From the human T2T-CHM13v2.0 reference genome, Homo sapiens, in the NCBI RefSeq assembly GCF_009914755.1, contig NC_060925.1: a stretch of DNA of 64,000 bases. One strand, given 5' to 3'. The position numbers and the translations under genes were made by a program. Below are positions 29,257 through 43,695 of this stretch, piece after piece. How positions within the stretch are numbered: position 1 is the stretch's first letter; each line of letters begins with the position of its first letter. The notes below the pieces were generated by a model. It was not told where the DNA came from and did no database searches. It saw only the letters and a program-made list of their open reading frames with translations.

Positions 29257-29599
29257 GCTGTCTCAATGGGCTTGCTAATCAACTGTTCATGTATCAGTAG
29301 CACCCAGCACATTTACCTGTGGGGCAATGCACTCTATAAATATTTGATGAAGAAATGAATCAATTATTGTGTGCTTAGCACTTTTTACATTTAAAGTAAT
29401 AGCCTCTTGTCTTATTTATCACTGTCAGTATGGTGAACCCCTTGAGGATAGGAAACTTATTCATTTTTATGTTCCTGCTCTTAATAATGAATGCCACAGA
29501 AAAAGTACTTAATAAATGGGGGCAGAGCCCACCTATCTCCACCCTAGGAGACTGACTTTTTTGCTAAGTAAGATAACTTTTGTGTGAACCTTCTTGGTG

Positions 29600-29830
29600 T
29601 ATAAAGTATTTTCATGTGTCTTATCATTGTTTATCCTCACTGGGACTGGGGATGAAGGAGAGTGTATATGGGGGGCAGGGGTGGTGGGGGTGACTGTGAG
29701 TTAGATACTTTCATTATTCTCATCGTACAGATGAGGAAACTAAAATTCATGAAGTTACATGGCTTGCACATAATCACAGGCTCATAGGTGAAACAAGAAG
29801 TCTATCTGGATTTCCTGACTCTAAATCTAC
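29600..29830 (-). mobile_element. MIR
   Basis: 'cattattctcatcgtacagatgaggaaactaaaattc...tcctgactctaaatc'. Confidence 0.7.
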
Positions 29831-30964
29831 ACTCGGTTATTTTCTAATCAACAGCCAAAGTTTGTTCCCATCTCTTAACCACAAGTCCTATCTCCCAGTT
29901 ATACTCTCCTATCAACCGGCTATGAACTAATGTCCATTTAGAGGTTAACTCATTGCAGCTTAAGGGTTGAGATAAAGCACATACAGGGGAGTTTGACTTT
30001 CAAGATGATGATACTGAAAATTGATGTTCAGAAAGGAATGAGCTTCAAGTGCAAGAATTTTAGACACATGGCCAGGTGAGGAGAAGTTGATGAATAGCTA
30101 TAGGCAGTAACCTGAGAGACCAGGTTAGCCATTTTTATGTATGCTATGTAAAATGACAATATTAGTCATTTATTACTGCATATCAGATACTCCTTAACTT
30201 AGCAGCTCCCAAGAACAGTAAACATTTATTATTGCCCACAGTTTCTAAGTGTCAGGACTCTGAAAGTGGCTTAGCTGGATGGTTCTAGCTCAGGGTACCT
30301 CCTGAAGTTCCAGTCAAGCTGCCAGCCAGAGCTGCAGGCAGTCACTGGGAGGCTTGAAGGAGATTGAGGATCCATTCCAAGATGGTTTACTCACACGGCT
30401 ACCAGCTGTTGGTAGGAGTTATAGGTCCTTCCTATTTGGAACTCTCCAGGGACTACTTGAGTGTCCTCAGACCATGGGGGCTGGCTTCACTCAGAGTGAT
30501 CCAAGAGATAGTAAGTGATGGGGTTCAGGACACACTACCTTCAAGTATGGCACCTTACCATTTGAGAAAATAGCAGAAGCAGGAAGATCTCTTTGACTTT
30601 CCCCTTTGACCTTCTCCCCTGAAGCTGGTCATGAAAGAATTATCTGACCTTCCTTTCTGAAGTAGGTCATAAGACCCTTATTCCAGAGATACCCTCCCTA
30701 CAACCAGAGGAAAGGAACATACTTATCTTCAAAGACACAGAAATGCCAAGAAGAATCTGAACAAACCGGTCTTGCTAAGTTCCTCCCAGTTGATCACTAG
30801 TAGATCACCCTTTTGTTCTCCAATCATAATTCTCCACAGTTCTCCATTTCATCAAACTTGGTGTAAAAATGCACAAGTTTACCTGTTTCTTTGGACTTCA
30901 TTTCTGAAGGCTCCCATGTCACATTAATTTAAAAAAAAAAAAGACAACTTATGTTAAATAAATC

Positions 30965-31259
30965 AAAAGGTGAGGGTAGAGGGCAATGAAGAAAGATTGA
31001 TTAAGGGGTACAAATATACACTTAGAAGAAATAAGACCTAATATTCAGTAGATCAGTAGGGTGACTATAGTTAACATTAATCTATTGTATATTTCAAAAT
31101 AGCTGGAAGAGAATAATTTGAATGTTCTTAGCATATAGAAAAGATGAATATTTAGGTTGATGAATATTCCAATTACCTGATTTAATTACATGAGTGTATC
31201 AAATTATCACATGTGCCCCGAAAATATGTATATCCAATATGTATCAATAAGAATAAATA
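30965..31259 (+). mobile_element. L1MA-type 3' end
   Basis: 'ggggtacaaatatacacttagaagaaataagaccta...gtagggtgactatagttaac...atttcaaaatagctggaagagaa'. Confidence 0.85.
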
Positions 31260-31568
31260 GGCTGGGCGCAGTGGCTCATGCCTGTAATCCTAGCACTTTG
31301 GGAGGCCAAGGTGGGTGGATATCTTGAGGCCAGGAATTTCAGACCAGCCTAGCCAACATGGCAAAACTCCATCTCTACAAAAAATTTAAAAAAAAAGATC
31401 CAGGCATGGTGGCATGCGCCTGTAAGTCCTAACGACTCGGGAGGCTGAGGCATGAGAATCACTTGAACCCAGGAGGCAATGGTTGCAGTGAGCCGAGATC
31501 ATACCACTGCACTTCAACCTGAGTAACAAAGTGAGACTCTGTCTCAATAAGTAAATAAATAAATAAAA
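31260..31568 (+). mobile_element. AluS (Sz-like)
   Basis: Full dimer with (TAAA)n tail. Confidence 0.93.
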
Positions 31569-32993
31569 GTGAATACATAATTTTGTATGCTTTTCTATCA
31601 TTAATCTGTTTTTTTAATACCGGTGCCTCAGTCATGAGCCTTATGATGGGTGAGAAAAGAGATATTACTTTTTCTCCTCTACACAAAGTCAGAAGCCACA
31701 AAGTCTTTTCTGATGTAGCCTTGAAGTCACACTTCCTCATTTTCACAATATCCTTTTGGTCACAAGGTCAGCTGCGTTCACTGTAGGATGCATTCAATAT
31801 ATGGAGAAGTGAATATTACTGGGGACCATCTTAAAAGTGGCCACCATAACACCAACAGGTTGCTCTGAACAAGATCTTTGCTCTGCCCCAAAATTTAATT
31901 CACTGATGGTTCCACCATGAAATCACAGTTTTGATTTTTTATGTGTTTTAAACAATTAGACCTTTAGCAAGAGAGTAAATCAAAGATAGCCAAAGACACT
32001 AAGTTAGATTTTCTACCCTGATGAAAGTATGAGTGGCCAAGATCACACAGTTGGTTTCTGGAAGAGCTCAGAAGAGACAAGAAGGGCAGGAGAGCCAGCT
32101 GGCCTCTACATTCACCAAGGTCTCAGATTAGACTTTTAACTTTATCCCCAAATAAGATCTATCAGACAGTCCCAAAGATATAGGAGCAAAGGAAAGCAAT
32201 ATTCATTGTCCAACCTTAAACCCTGAGCCTTGTGACTATACAACACTGTCTATAGCACAGGATGACTGTGAATTAATATTTTTCCAGATTTTGTGACTAT
32301 TAAAATGCACTATATTGCATTTTTTCTGGAAAAAGTTTTAACTTATAAAATGTAAACATCAAAAAATTTCGTAATTCTTATGATTCCCATTTTTTAAATT
32401 GTTTCTTTTAATATACAAGGGACCTCAAAAAAACTGAAGTGACCGTGATCTGTTAACATCTGAGAGGCTTGTCTCATGACCCCTCAACCCCTCAACTCCT
32501 GGAGTTTCATTCTTTTCCTTTGAAAAAACCGGAGGGTTGTGTAAGTGACCTCTAAGGTTGGTCCAGGTCTTGCATCCCTTCAGGCACTAAAGCCATAGTA
32601 GTCAGTGCTTATTTTTCAATGCTCTGTGTGCCCTGAATGCTCCTTTAGTAAAGAATAGGAAGAAGGAAAGGGAAGTAAGTGTAAAGGGCAAATTCTGACC
32701 ACCACACCATGTGGAGTAGTGAACCAAGTAAGAACCTGAAATGGGAGAAAAACATAGAACAATTTTTGCAGGATTTTTTTTTCGTTATCCACAAAGTCAC
32801 GTTGAGACTGGTTTCTGGTTTGAAATAAAAGGGAGCTCCAAATATTCTGGCAGGAGGTCATCTTTCCTTTATGGCCTTTGCTCAGCCTGGGCCTCTGACT
32901 GTCCCAGGAGCTGGGCCCTCACCCCTCCCAACAGATCCGCTCTGGAAGAACAATATTTAGATGCCTTACCTTAGAAACCTGACCACAGAAGGG

Positions 32994-33489
32994 CTGGCTT
33001 TTTTTGTAAGAGATGGGGGTTGTATTAGTCTGTTTTCATGCTACTGATAAAGACATATCTGAGACTGGGCAATTTACAAAAGAAAGAGGTTTATTGGATT
33101 TACAGTTCTACATGTCTATGGAGGCCTCACAATCATGGCAGAAGGCAAGGAGGAGCAAAGTCATGTCTTACATGGATGGCAGCAGGCAAAAAAAGGAGCT
33201 TGTGTAGGAAAACTCCCCCTTTATAATACCATCAGATCTCATGAGACTTATTTGCTATCATGAGAACAGCACAGGAAAGACCTCCATCCATTATTCAATT
33301 ACCTCCCACCAGGTCCCTTCCATAACACATGGGAATTCAAGATGAGATTTGGGTGGGGACACAGCCAAACCATATCAGGGGTTTTGCTATGTTGGCCAGG
33401 TTGGTCTTGAACACCTGGGTTCAAGCAAATCCTCCCACCTCAGCCTCCCAAAGTACTAGGATTACAGGCGTGAGCCAGTGTGCCTGGCC
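32994..33489 (-). mobile_element. Left Alu monomer (FLAM/AluJ) split by THE1
   Basis: 'ttttgtaagagatggggt' + 'tttgctatgttggccaggttggtcttgaac...gtgcctggcc'. Confidence 0.85.
33021..33377 (-). mobile_element. THE1 (THE1A-like) MaLR solo LTR
   Basis: tgtattagtc...acagccaaaccatatca. Perfect TSD GGGGT. Confidence 0.95.
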
Positions 33490-33695
33490 TATTTTTGTTT
33501 GTTTCTTGTTCCTACTAGAATTGCTGCAAAGAATCACAAAAGCAGCAAGGCTAGGACACTGGGCTGCTGTAGCAAAGGGAGGCAGCAAGTGAAGCAGTGA
33601 TTCTGGGTGACCATGACGCCACCAGGCAGACTGCTGTTTGTGCTGCCAGTGTTGAAAAACACGTTCTGGGTCTGTGGAACCGGCAAATAGATTTC

Positions 33696-34170
33696 TGTCA
33701 AAAGGCAAAATTACAACAAATTTAGTCTAAAAATCTTAATTGCCTTTTATTGGCAACTCTAGAGTCTGGCAACACCTCATTCCGTAAAAAACAATGAGTG
33801 CTCCAATATGCTGAGCAGAGGAGATTGGCTTTATGGACAAAAAAAGAGCTGAATAAAGCAGAAACAAAAAACAAAAAGTAGACTGGCAATTTCAGTTATT
33901 TTCCTTGTAAAGGTTAAAGCAGAGGGGACTTCCTTATGTTGGCTAAAACTGGCCTGTTTGGCTATTTGGAGATTTGGCTATTCTCTCTCTTTCTCTCCTT
34001 TCTCTCTCCCCAGCCGCCGCCCCCCATGTCTTGGAAGGTTATATAAACAACTTAGTTTTAGCTTGATTGCATGGAACTTTAGAATGAGTGACTCCATCTT
34101 GGTTTGGTCCATTGGGCCTAGTGCAACAGCTCAGGCCAAACCAATGGCCTCCTATACATTTTATTTAACA
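33696..34170 (-). mobile_element. MER31-like solo LTR
   Basis: Ends 'gggcctagtgcaacagctcaggccaaaccaatggcctcctatacattttatttaaca'. TSD tttc/cttc. Confidence 0.8.
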
Positions 34171-34354
34171 CTTCCTTGGACTGGGGCAGGGGTGTGGCCA
34201 GGTGAATGAATGAGGAAGGTTCTGAGCTGCCTCCTGACTTTGGGCATGACCAATAACCATGACTTGTTTTGTTTCAGGCCCTCCCCTCCTCCTCCTATCT
34301 AGTGAGCACCCAGTGATCCAATGTCCTTGTCCCCTGGCAAGGCTACTCTGCTTT

Positions 34355-35512
34355 CCTTATCACTGGAATTCAGCAAAGCCTCCTTCCTGGGTATCATATA
34401 CAGAGGAGGATACACATATTGCTAGTGAGCCAGTCTCATTTTGCCTGTTGCACAGTGTGTCAATCAATGAGAAGACTAGTTTTATAGCAGAGAAGCTACC
34501 AAGTGAGCAGATGGGAGAAGAGTTCTCAAATTTGCCTCTCCAAAGACAGAGTTTAGGGATATTTATGGGATAACAAAACAGGGTGGTCTGAAGCATGGGG
34601 AAAGGTGACTTGAGGTGAGGAAAAGTGAGAATCAGTGATCTGCACAAGGGTAGGCAGACTTCATGGCTTTTCATATGATGGTGTTGGTGCTACCAGTGCC
34701 CCAGGTTCTTGCAGTCTCCCAGGATTTAAATCAAGAGTGATCACCAGGCATAGAAATAAAGGGAGTTTATGAGCTGGTGCACAAGGTAGCCAGCTGCTAC
34801 CTGAGGGTAGTGTTTGTGTTAGTTTGACAGGGTCTTTCTATAGGGAAGGGTTACATCAGGGCATGTATACTAGGGGTTTTTCTAGTGCTTGCGTAGTGAC
34901 TCAACATGTTTCTTCATATATCATATGTAGTGCTAGCATTTTAAATCTCCACCCCAGGGCATGAACTTTAGCATTAAAATGAGGAAAGTGTAACTTTAAT
35001 TTGGAGTTTAAGTCTGATGCACATGTGGGGCTCCCAGGAAGCCCCTAGCCCTCAAAATAAAACCTTGCAGTTAAGAACTTCCTGGGTCTTTTGTTACTGA
35101 CTGGCTGATGGTTAAATAAGCCAAACTTTTTCATTCAGACCATCTTAAAATAGGGAATTGGCCAGCCTGCATGTCTCATTTGCATGATCTGAGAGTGGAG
35201 TTTTTGGTCCTCTGACAGCAAAAGGTCACCCATAGGATGCTCATGTAGGCTCAGTTGGAGGGTTGGTGGTCTCAGCTGGTTTGAACTGGACAAAAACTGA
35301 CCCTAAGTTCCTGAAAAATAACTTAGGCAACTGTTACCATAGTGACCATTACATCAAAGCTGTTATCTATAAGAAAGCTAGTGAGTGGAAGTTTAATTAT
35401 ATTTTGCCTAGCTACATGATTTTTAGCTATATAGGTTTTAAAATCAACTAGAAGTGAATGACTAAAAGCAAGCAAGTTTGACAGGCCTAATCAGGTTAGC
35501 CCTTCTGTTTCA
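34355..35512 (-). mobile_element. ERV1-class LTR (MER57/MER66-like) with a second LTR nested at ~34682-35178
   Basis: Outer LTR ends 'cccttctgtttca'. Inner LTR is bounded by tgttgg...catgtctca with 'agcattttaaatctccacccc' motifs. Families uncertain. Confidence 0.55.
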
Positions 35513-37115
35513 ACATTTCCCTCAAACTTCCTGTTGTACCTGCCACTGGCTGGAGCTGCAGAGTCTGGCTACTCAAGAAACTGACATACTTCCCAGTGGG
35601 ATGTAGGCTGTCAATTCAGCTGTTCCTTTAGCAGAAAGAGCCAACATCATTGCAGCTGAAGCTTTCTTCCCTGAGGTAATTTGCCTCAAACCCTGGGGAA
35701 AAAAATAGGTCTGGCCTCTGCTTTTTCCAGCTTTTCCTTCTGGAGGGGCAAGAGAGATTGATCCGGCCTCCAAGGTTGGAGATGCCCCTGTGTTGAAGAT
35801 CTGTCCTGTGTTTTCACTGGAAACCAGCCAGAAAGGTGGGGCTAAGCAGAACTTTTCTACGTTGGTGTTTGATTGCAACAAAAGAACCCATGAAGACCTG
35901 CAGTTGTTGTCTACAACCATGTGAAGGACTGCCACAAAGAAAAGTGAATGGATCACTTAGTAATCCCAGAGGAAGAACTAGGACCAGTGGGAGAAGTTAA
36001 TGGGAGGCAGAGTCCAGCCCAGTGTAGCACATCCTGCCCCAAGAAGTAGTGATCTCCCTGTCACTTACAGCGTGTAAGTAACAATCTGTCAAAAATGTTG
36101 GACAAACTCCAAATGAAAAATAAATTTCAAGAAGCTTAAAAACCAGTTGAGACTTTTTAAAATGGACTTGAAGAAGTGGATGAATGTAGGAGTCCAGAGA
36201 GACTTGAGCAAGGGCTTTCTTGCTCTATCAAAATTCCCAGTCCTAGGAGCTGGCCCATCTTCTAGTTTTACCCCAACTTCAAAAAGCTTCAGGGACCTGG
36301 AAGGAGTAAGACAGTGTTCCTACCACAGTGCCTGCCGGGAGAGTGGGCTGAGGGAAGATGGGCCTCTTCAACTCTCAGCATCTGTGATTCTGACGAGGAA
36401 AAATCTCACAGGAGATAAAGAAAATTCTTCAAATCATCCCCAGACTGAATATTTAACAAAATTGGGGTTTGATTTTTTCAAATAAGGCATCAGTGGCTCT
36501 TTTTAAGCAACAAGGAGATTGTTTTATGCAAATTTCCCCTTAGGGCTTTCATTAAGATGTTAACATCTTTCTTGTCACAATATCTACTTTATTGCAATGA
36601 GTCATAGTCTTTCTCTATTCTCTTGCTGAGACATCTTTGTAAGGTAAACTCTGGGCTGAGAGCAGGGCCTAATTTTTTTCTTTTTTTAAGTAAAAATCCC
36701 TTCCAGAGAGTACTAAGGAAAGGATTGCGAGACAGAAATTTTTTAAAAAGAAAGAACATTATACCCCCAGTATGGTGAGATCAATAGATGGAACCAGAAA
36801 CATTCCTGAGGAAGAAACTGGGCTTACTGTACTCTGCTGGTTAAAACTCAACTCCCATTGGACCAAGTACATATCTCTGGTGCTGGGAACATGCTAGAAC
36901 CATTTTGCTTCTACCAGTGGGGATATCTAAGCCCCTTTGAAGACAGCCCTCACCTCTCCATCCAACCCTTAGCTCCCTCTCTGGACCACAGGTGAGTGAC
37001 TGTACAGTCACAGATATTTTTCTTCTGTAGAGATCCAATCTGTGGCCCTGAAATGGAAAAGATAGTCACAGGAAAATAAATGCCATATATAACACCATGG
37101 TTATGGGGATAGAGA

Positions 37116-38061
<946 letters not shown>

Positions 38062-38157
38062 GAAGCCTTTTGTGTAAGATTCAAACAGGGGGAGAGCAGG
38101 GGTAGTTTCCATTTAGGGCGGAGCAGGCTTTAAGAAGAAGAGACAGTCCTTTAGACT

Positions 38158-38486
38158 AGAAGTGAGCAGCCTTTCTCCAAAGGGCCAGAGGTAAACATTT
38201 TAAGCTTTGAGGGAGGACCATGGGTTCTCTGCCACAACTGCTCAAATTTGCTGCCCCTGGGAACACAAAAGGAGTGAACTGTGTTCCTATTAAATTTTAT
38301 TTATAGACACTGAAATTTTATTTCATATTATTGTCACATGTCACAAAAAAGGGATTCTTCTGATTCTTTTTTCAGAAGATTTTAGATTTTTTCAGAAGAT
38401 TTCAGAGGATTTAAAAATGTAAAATCCATCCATAGCTAGCAGGTCATATAAGAACAGGCAGCAGACAGTAGAGTTTCCCACCCCTG
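38158..38486. mobile_element. MER58B-like hAT MITE
   Basis: 'aaagggccagaggtaaacattttaagcttt...ttttatttatagacactgaaattt...tttaaaaatgtaaaa...cccacccctg'. Confidence 0.75.
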
Positions 38487-39259
38487 CAGGGGATCCTAAC
38501 AGCTCCATCATGCAGTCTTTCCATGTGCTGTGTCCTGGGCATAGGACTGCTTTTTATGCATAGGAGGAGCTTCCTGAACACGGGGGGTGGCCAACTAAAC
38601 CCTCCCAGGAGGTTTCCCTCACCACTCAGGCTTTTCTTGCCACCAGACCCCAAACACAATATTCCCTTGAGAAAACCACATATAAACGTTCAAAGTGCTT
38701 CTATTCTTCCTGTTGGAATGTGACTTAAGTGTGCAGGAAGCAAGGTAGGGAAGTAAAAGCCCTTCAAAGGGACATTTGGCTCAGACAGAAATCCTGATTA
38801 TAAAATAATTCTTTTAGAATCATCTTAAAATATGTTGGTGTTAAATATTCATAGGGAAAGAGATGTGTATGAGAGAGAAGTGGGTTAGAAGGGAATGACA
38901 CAGAGCCCAATCTTTCAGAGTGGCCTCACTGGAAAGGTGGTCACGAGAAAATAAACATCACAGATATGCCATGGTTGTCAGGGTGGAGTTCATGTACGTT
39001 CATGTCACAGGAGGGAGAGCTGGGGACGTTATTCCTTTTAGACCTTGACCATAAGGGCTGCAGTGGGAATTAGAAAGTGGCTTTCCTCTGATGAGGAAAG
39101 TCTTTAGCTGAGACATTTTACCCTGAGAAAGAGAGGGAGTGGCCAGTGCATTCTGGAAAAGTCTCCTCCCAACTCACCAAAATAAATCAGCTGGGCCTGC
39201 TCTAAGAAAACATTTAGAGACAGGTAGAATGTAGGCCTCAAGAAGTAACAGGTTGTATT

Positions 39260-39455
39260 AAGTAGTAATGGACCCTGGAGTTTGAATCTCAGCTTTAAAA
39301 TTTACCAGCTCTGTGGCCTTGGGCAAGTCACTTAACTTTGTGTGCATCCGTTTTTCCTCTAGAGTTCATACCTACTGCTACATTGTTGAGATTAAATAAG
39401 ATAATTTTCATAAAAGACATAGCACAAGGTATGGCAAAAATGAAGGCTTAATGAA
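39260..39455 (+). mobile_element. MIR
   Basis: 'gagtttgaatctcagct...ctgtggccttgggcaagtcacttaac'. Confidence 0.75.
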
Positions 39456-39480
39456 AACTGGCCTTGCTTATCATCACAAC

Positions 39481-40863
39481 TGTAAACAAAAATAAATTCC
39501 TAAGCCCCCTACCAACTGAACAGACCCCCTCTTGGCCAAGGTAACTCCAGATAAACCTGAAAATGGAATTCCTGGCCATGTTGAGAAGGGAGGTCTGACA
39601 CACCGCCACCTGTGGAGTCCTGATAAGTAAGCAGCAACAAGAAAGGGGTCCCAGGTAGGGGAGAACAATTGTTCTGAGAGACAGCTAATTACAGACAACC
39701 CACTGGCACAACATCCTGTTCCCAAAGACCCAGAAACACAACCTTATCTGCACATCTTATCTACATGTAGCCCCTCCATCATGACCCTGTAACATTTCCC
39801 TCCAGCCCCTGCCACTTGGCAGACATCCTCTTCTCTGCTGTGCCCCCCATTGCTTTCTTGCAATGTATCTTTGTACTTTTTCCAATAAATCTGCCTTTTT
39901 TACCCACAACTGTCTTGGTAAATTCTTGTACCACCCTCAACGCCAGCCCCAGCCAGTCACACCAATGACACCATCTTTTGGAGTTTACATTAAAATGTCG
40001 ATCATAAGACTGGCAAAACAGACTATTTGTAGCAATAAGATGTCAAATTATTAAGAAGACGTAAGGCCATGCAAGGCAGAGCTTAAGTGACACCTACAAA
40101 CCATAATATCTCATTAGATGGGTTTTTATTAATCCAGCATAATGTGGCTGACTTTTTCACCTGACTCTGGTATGGCATGAAATGACAGATAGCAGACTCC
40201 AAAGGAAATCAAAATATTTTACCCCCAAATACATTTTTTGGACATGTTTTGAAATGGCTACCACAGGGCCAACAAATTGAAATGGTCCTGCAAAGCCCTC
40301 TTTTGTGGGAAAAATTTGCATATGTAAAGCATCTCTATTAATGCAGCAAGGCCTTCCCAATACAAGTCTTTTCCTGGATATAGGAGAGATTAAATAAGAG
40401 TCTGACACCTTTAAGGTCTGAAAAGAGACATTTACTATCTATTATCTCCAAAGGCTGCTACCCTTGAAGCTCCATCTATATAACAAGAACCTTGACCTCC
40501 ATGTACCCCCTTATCTTAACTCAAGCATTTCTTTCTACTGACTTCGAGCCTTTAGACAAAGTTTAACTCTTTCAACCAATTGGCAGTGGGAAAATCATTG
40601 AATCCACCTATGACCTGGAAGTTACCCTCCCTTCAAGGAATCCTGCCTCTTCAGATTTAACCATTGTATACCCTTTATGTCTTGATTTATAATTTTACCT
40701 ACAATTCCTGTGTTACTAAAATATATAAAACCAAATTTTAACCCAACCACCTCGGGCATACTTTCTCAGGATCTCTTGAAACTGTTCCCCAGGCCATGGT
40801 CACTCATACTGGCTCAAAAAATCTCTTGAAAATATTTTATAGAGGTTTGTTTTTCCATTAACA
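39481..40863 (+). mobile_element. MER4D-like solo LTR, split by a nested LTR
   Basis: 'tgtaaacaaaaataaattcctaagcccccta...' to 'tttttccattaaca'. Perfect 4-bp TSD CAAC. Confidence 0.88.
39611..39970 (+). mobile_element. Solo LTR (LTR47-like, tentative), copy 1
   Basis: TG...CA ends, AATAAA, 5-bp TSD ccacc/ccatc. Confidence 0.8.
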
Positions 40864-41042
40864 CAACTATCACCATTTCTTAGAGACTTTCCTGTAATTT
40901 TCAATAATACATATTATTTCTAATTAGTTATGCTGAATGGATCTTACATTTTGTGCTTTTCTCTTAAACACTTTTTGTATACTTTTTCCATGTATCTGTT
41001 TAACTTTCAATCTGTGGGTAAATGGTTTTATAATATGACTTT

Positions 41043-41996
41043 TGTGGGGGCTATGGTCATTGGCCCCCTAAAGGTTTGCTGAAAAAAAATCAATGGCATG
41101 AGGCAGATTGATTAATAGGAGAAAAGGCATACATATTTATTTAACCTGTATGCACAGGAGGCTTCAGAATGAAGATCCAACTTCTCAATGAGTTATACAA
41201 GCTTATATACCATCTTGAAGTTACAGAAAGAATGGGGCCTTGGATTCTGGTAAAGCGGGTGATAGGAGTGGGGAGAAGAGGAATTCTATTGAGGGGCAAT
41301 AAATTATTACTAGGGAAAATGATTGGATGAGGAACGGAAATTAACTTGTAAATAGTTTGTAGAGTCCTGATAAGATAAGTCAGGAACAATGAGGAAGGGA
41401 CCCCAGGTGGGGGATGACAATTGTTCTGAAAAATAGCCTACTACAAACAACCCACCTGCACACCTGCACAACATCCTATTCCCAAATACCTCGTTTGGTA
41501 CATAGCCCCTCCAGCACAACCCTATACAACAACTTCCCTCACTCATGCCTCTTTGCAGACAGCCCTTTTTCTGCTATGCTGCTTGCTAAAGTCTTGTAAC
41601 ATATCTTTATACTTTCTCTAATAAATCTGCCTTTCTTTACCCACAACTGTCTTGGTAGATTCTTTTACTGCCCACAACGCTGGGCCCAGCCAGTTGCACC
41701 CACAATATAGTTTTCTTTGGAATTTAAATGATCCCCAAAGATAGTCATTATACTCCTAAAAAGGTCTGCTAAGATATGGCCACATCTTGGTCTTGTTTTC
41801 TGCAATAAATGATGAGATAACAGGGAGGAGAAAAGGAGCAATTATGCTCCTTGGTGGGTCTGGATCTTAGGGAGATAAAGGAACTTTAGTTTCTTTGGGA
41901 GAGATGATGGGGTGGGGGCGAGGTCAGAGAGACCGTGAGGTTTCTTCATTTCAGTATATGTCAAAATGCCATATTTTAGGGTATTGGTTTCTGAGT
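41043..41996 (-). mobile_element. MER39/MER34-family LTR, split by a nested LTR
   Basis: Ends 'gaggtcagagagaccgtgagg...tgtcaaaatgccatattttagggtattggtttctgag'. Confidence 0.75.
41358..41707 (+). mobile_element. Solo LTR (LTR47-like, tentative), copy 2
   Basis: Homologous to 39611-39970. Perfect TSD TAGTT. Confidence 0.8.
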
Positions 41997-42054
41997 GAAT
42001 GAATAAGATTCAAAGTGAAGATTCATTCACTTTGAATGAATAAAATTCAAATTA

Positions 42055-43695
<1,641 letters not shown>

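Larger units (their letters stand above)
30516..31683 (+). mobile_element. MER34-like ERV1 solo LTR, split by L1 and Alu
   Basis: 'tgatggggttcaggacacactacc..agtatggcacctt', 'aagtaggtcataagaccc', end 'ttttctcctctaca'. Confidence 0.8.
30158..31851 (-). mobile_element. MaLR LTR (MLT1F/G/H-like), split by MER34-like LTR
   Basis: 'aaacatttattattgcccacagtttct...gtggcttagctggatggttctagctcaggg' resumes at 31684 and ends 'ggaccatcttaaaagtggccaccataaca'. Confidence 0.75.

Noticed and set aside
35573-35956. 127-aa ORF and splice-like signals in unique sequence
   Set aside because: No recognisable domain or coding character. A lncRNA exon cannot be excluded or supported without transcript data.
39611-41707. 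The two homologous LTRs as 5' and 3' LTRs of one provirus
   Set aside because: Each has its own TSD, and the interval consists of host LTR pieces rather than a PBS or internal region.
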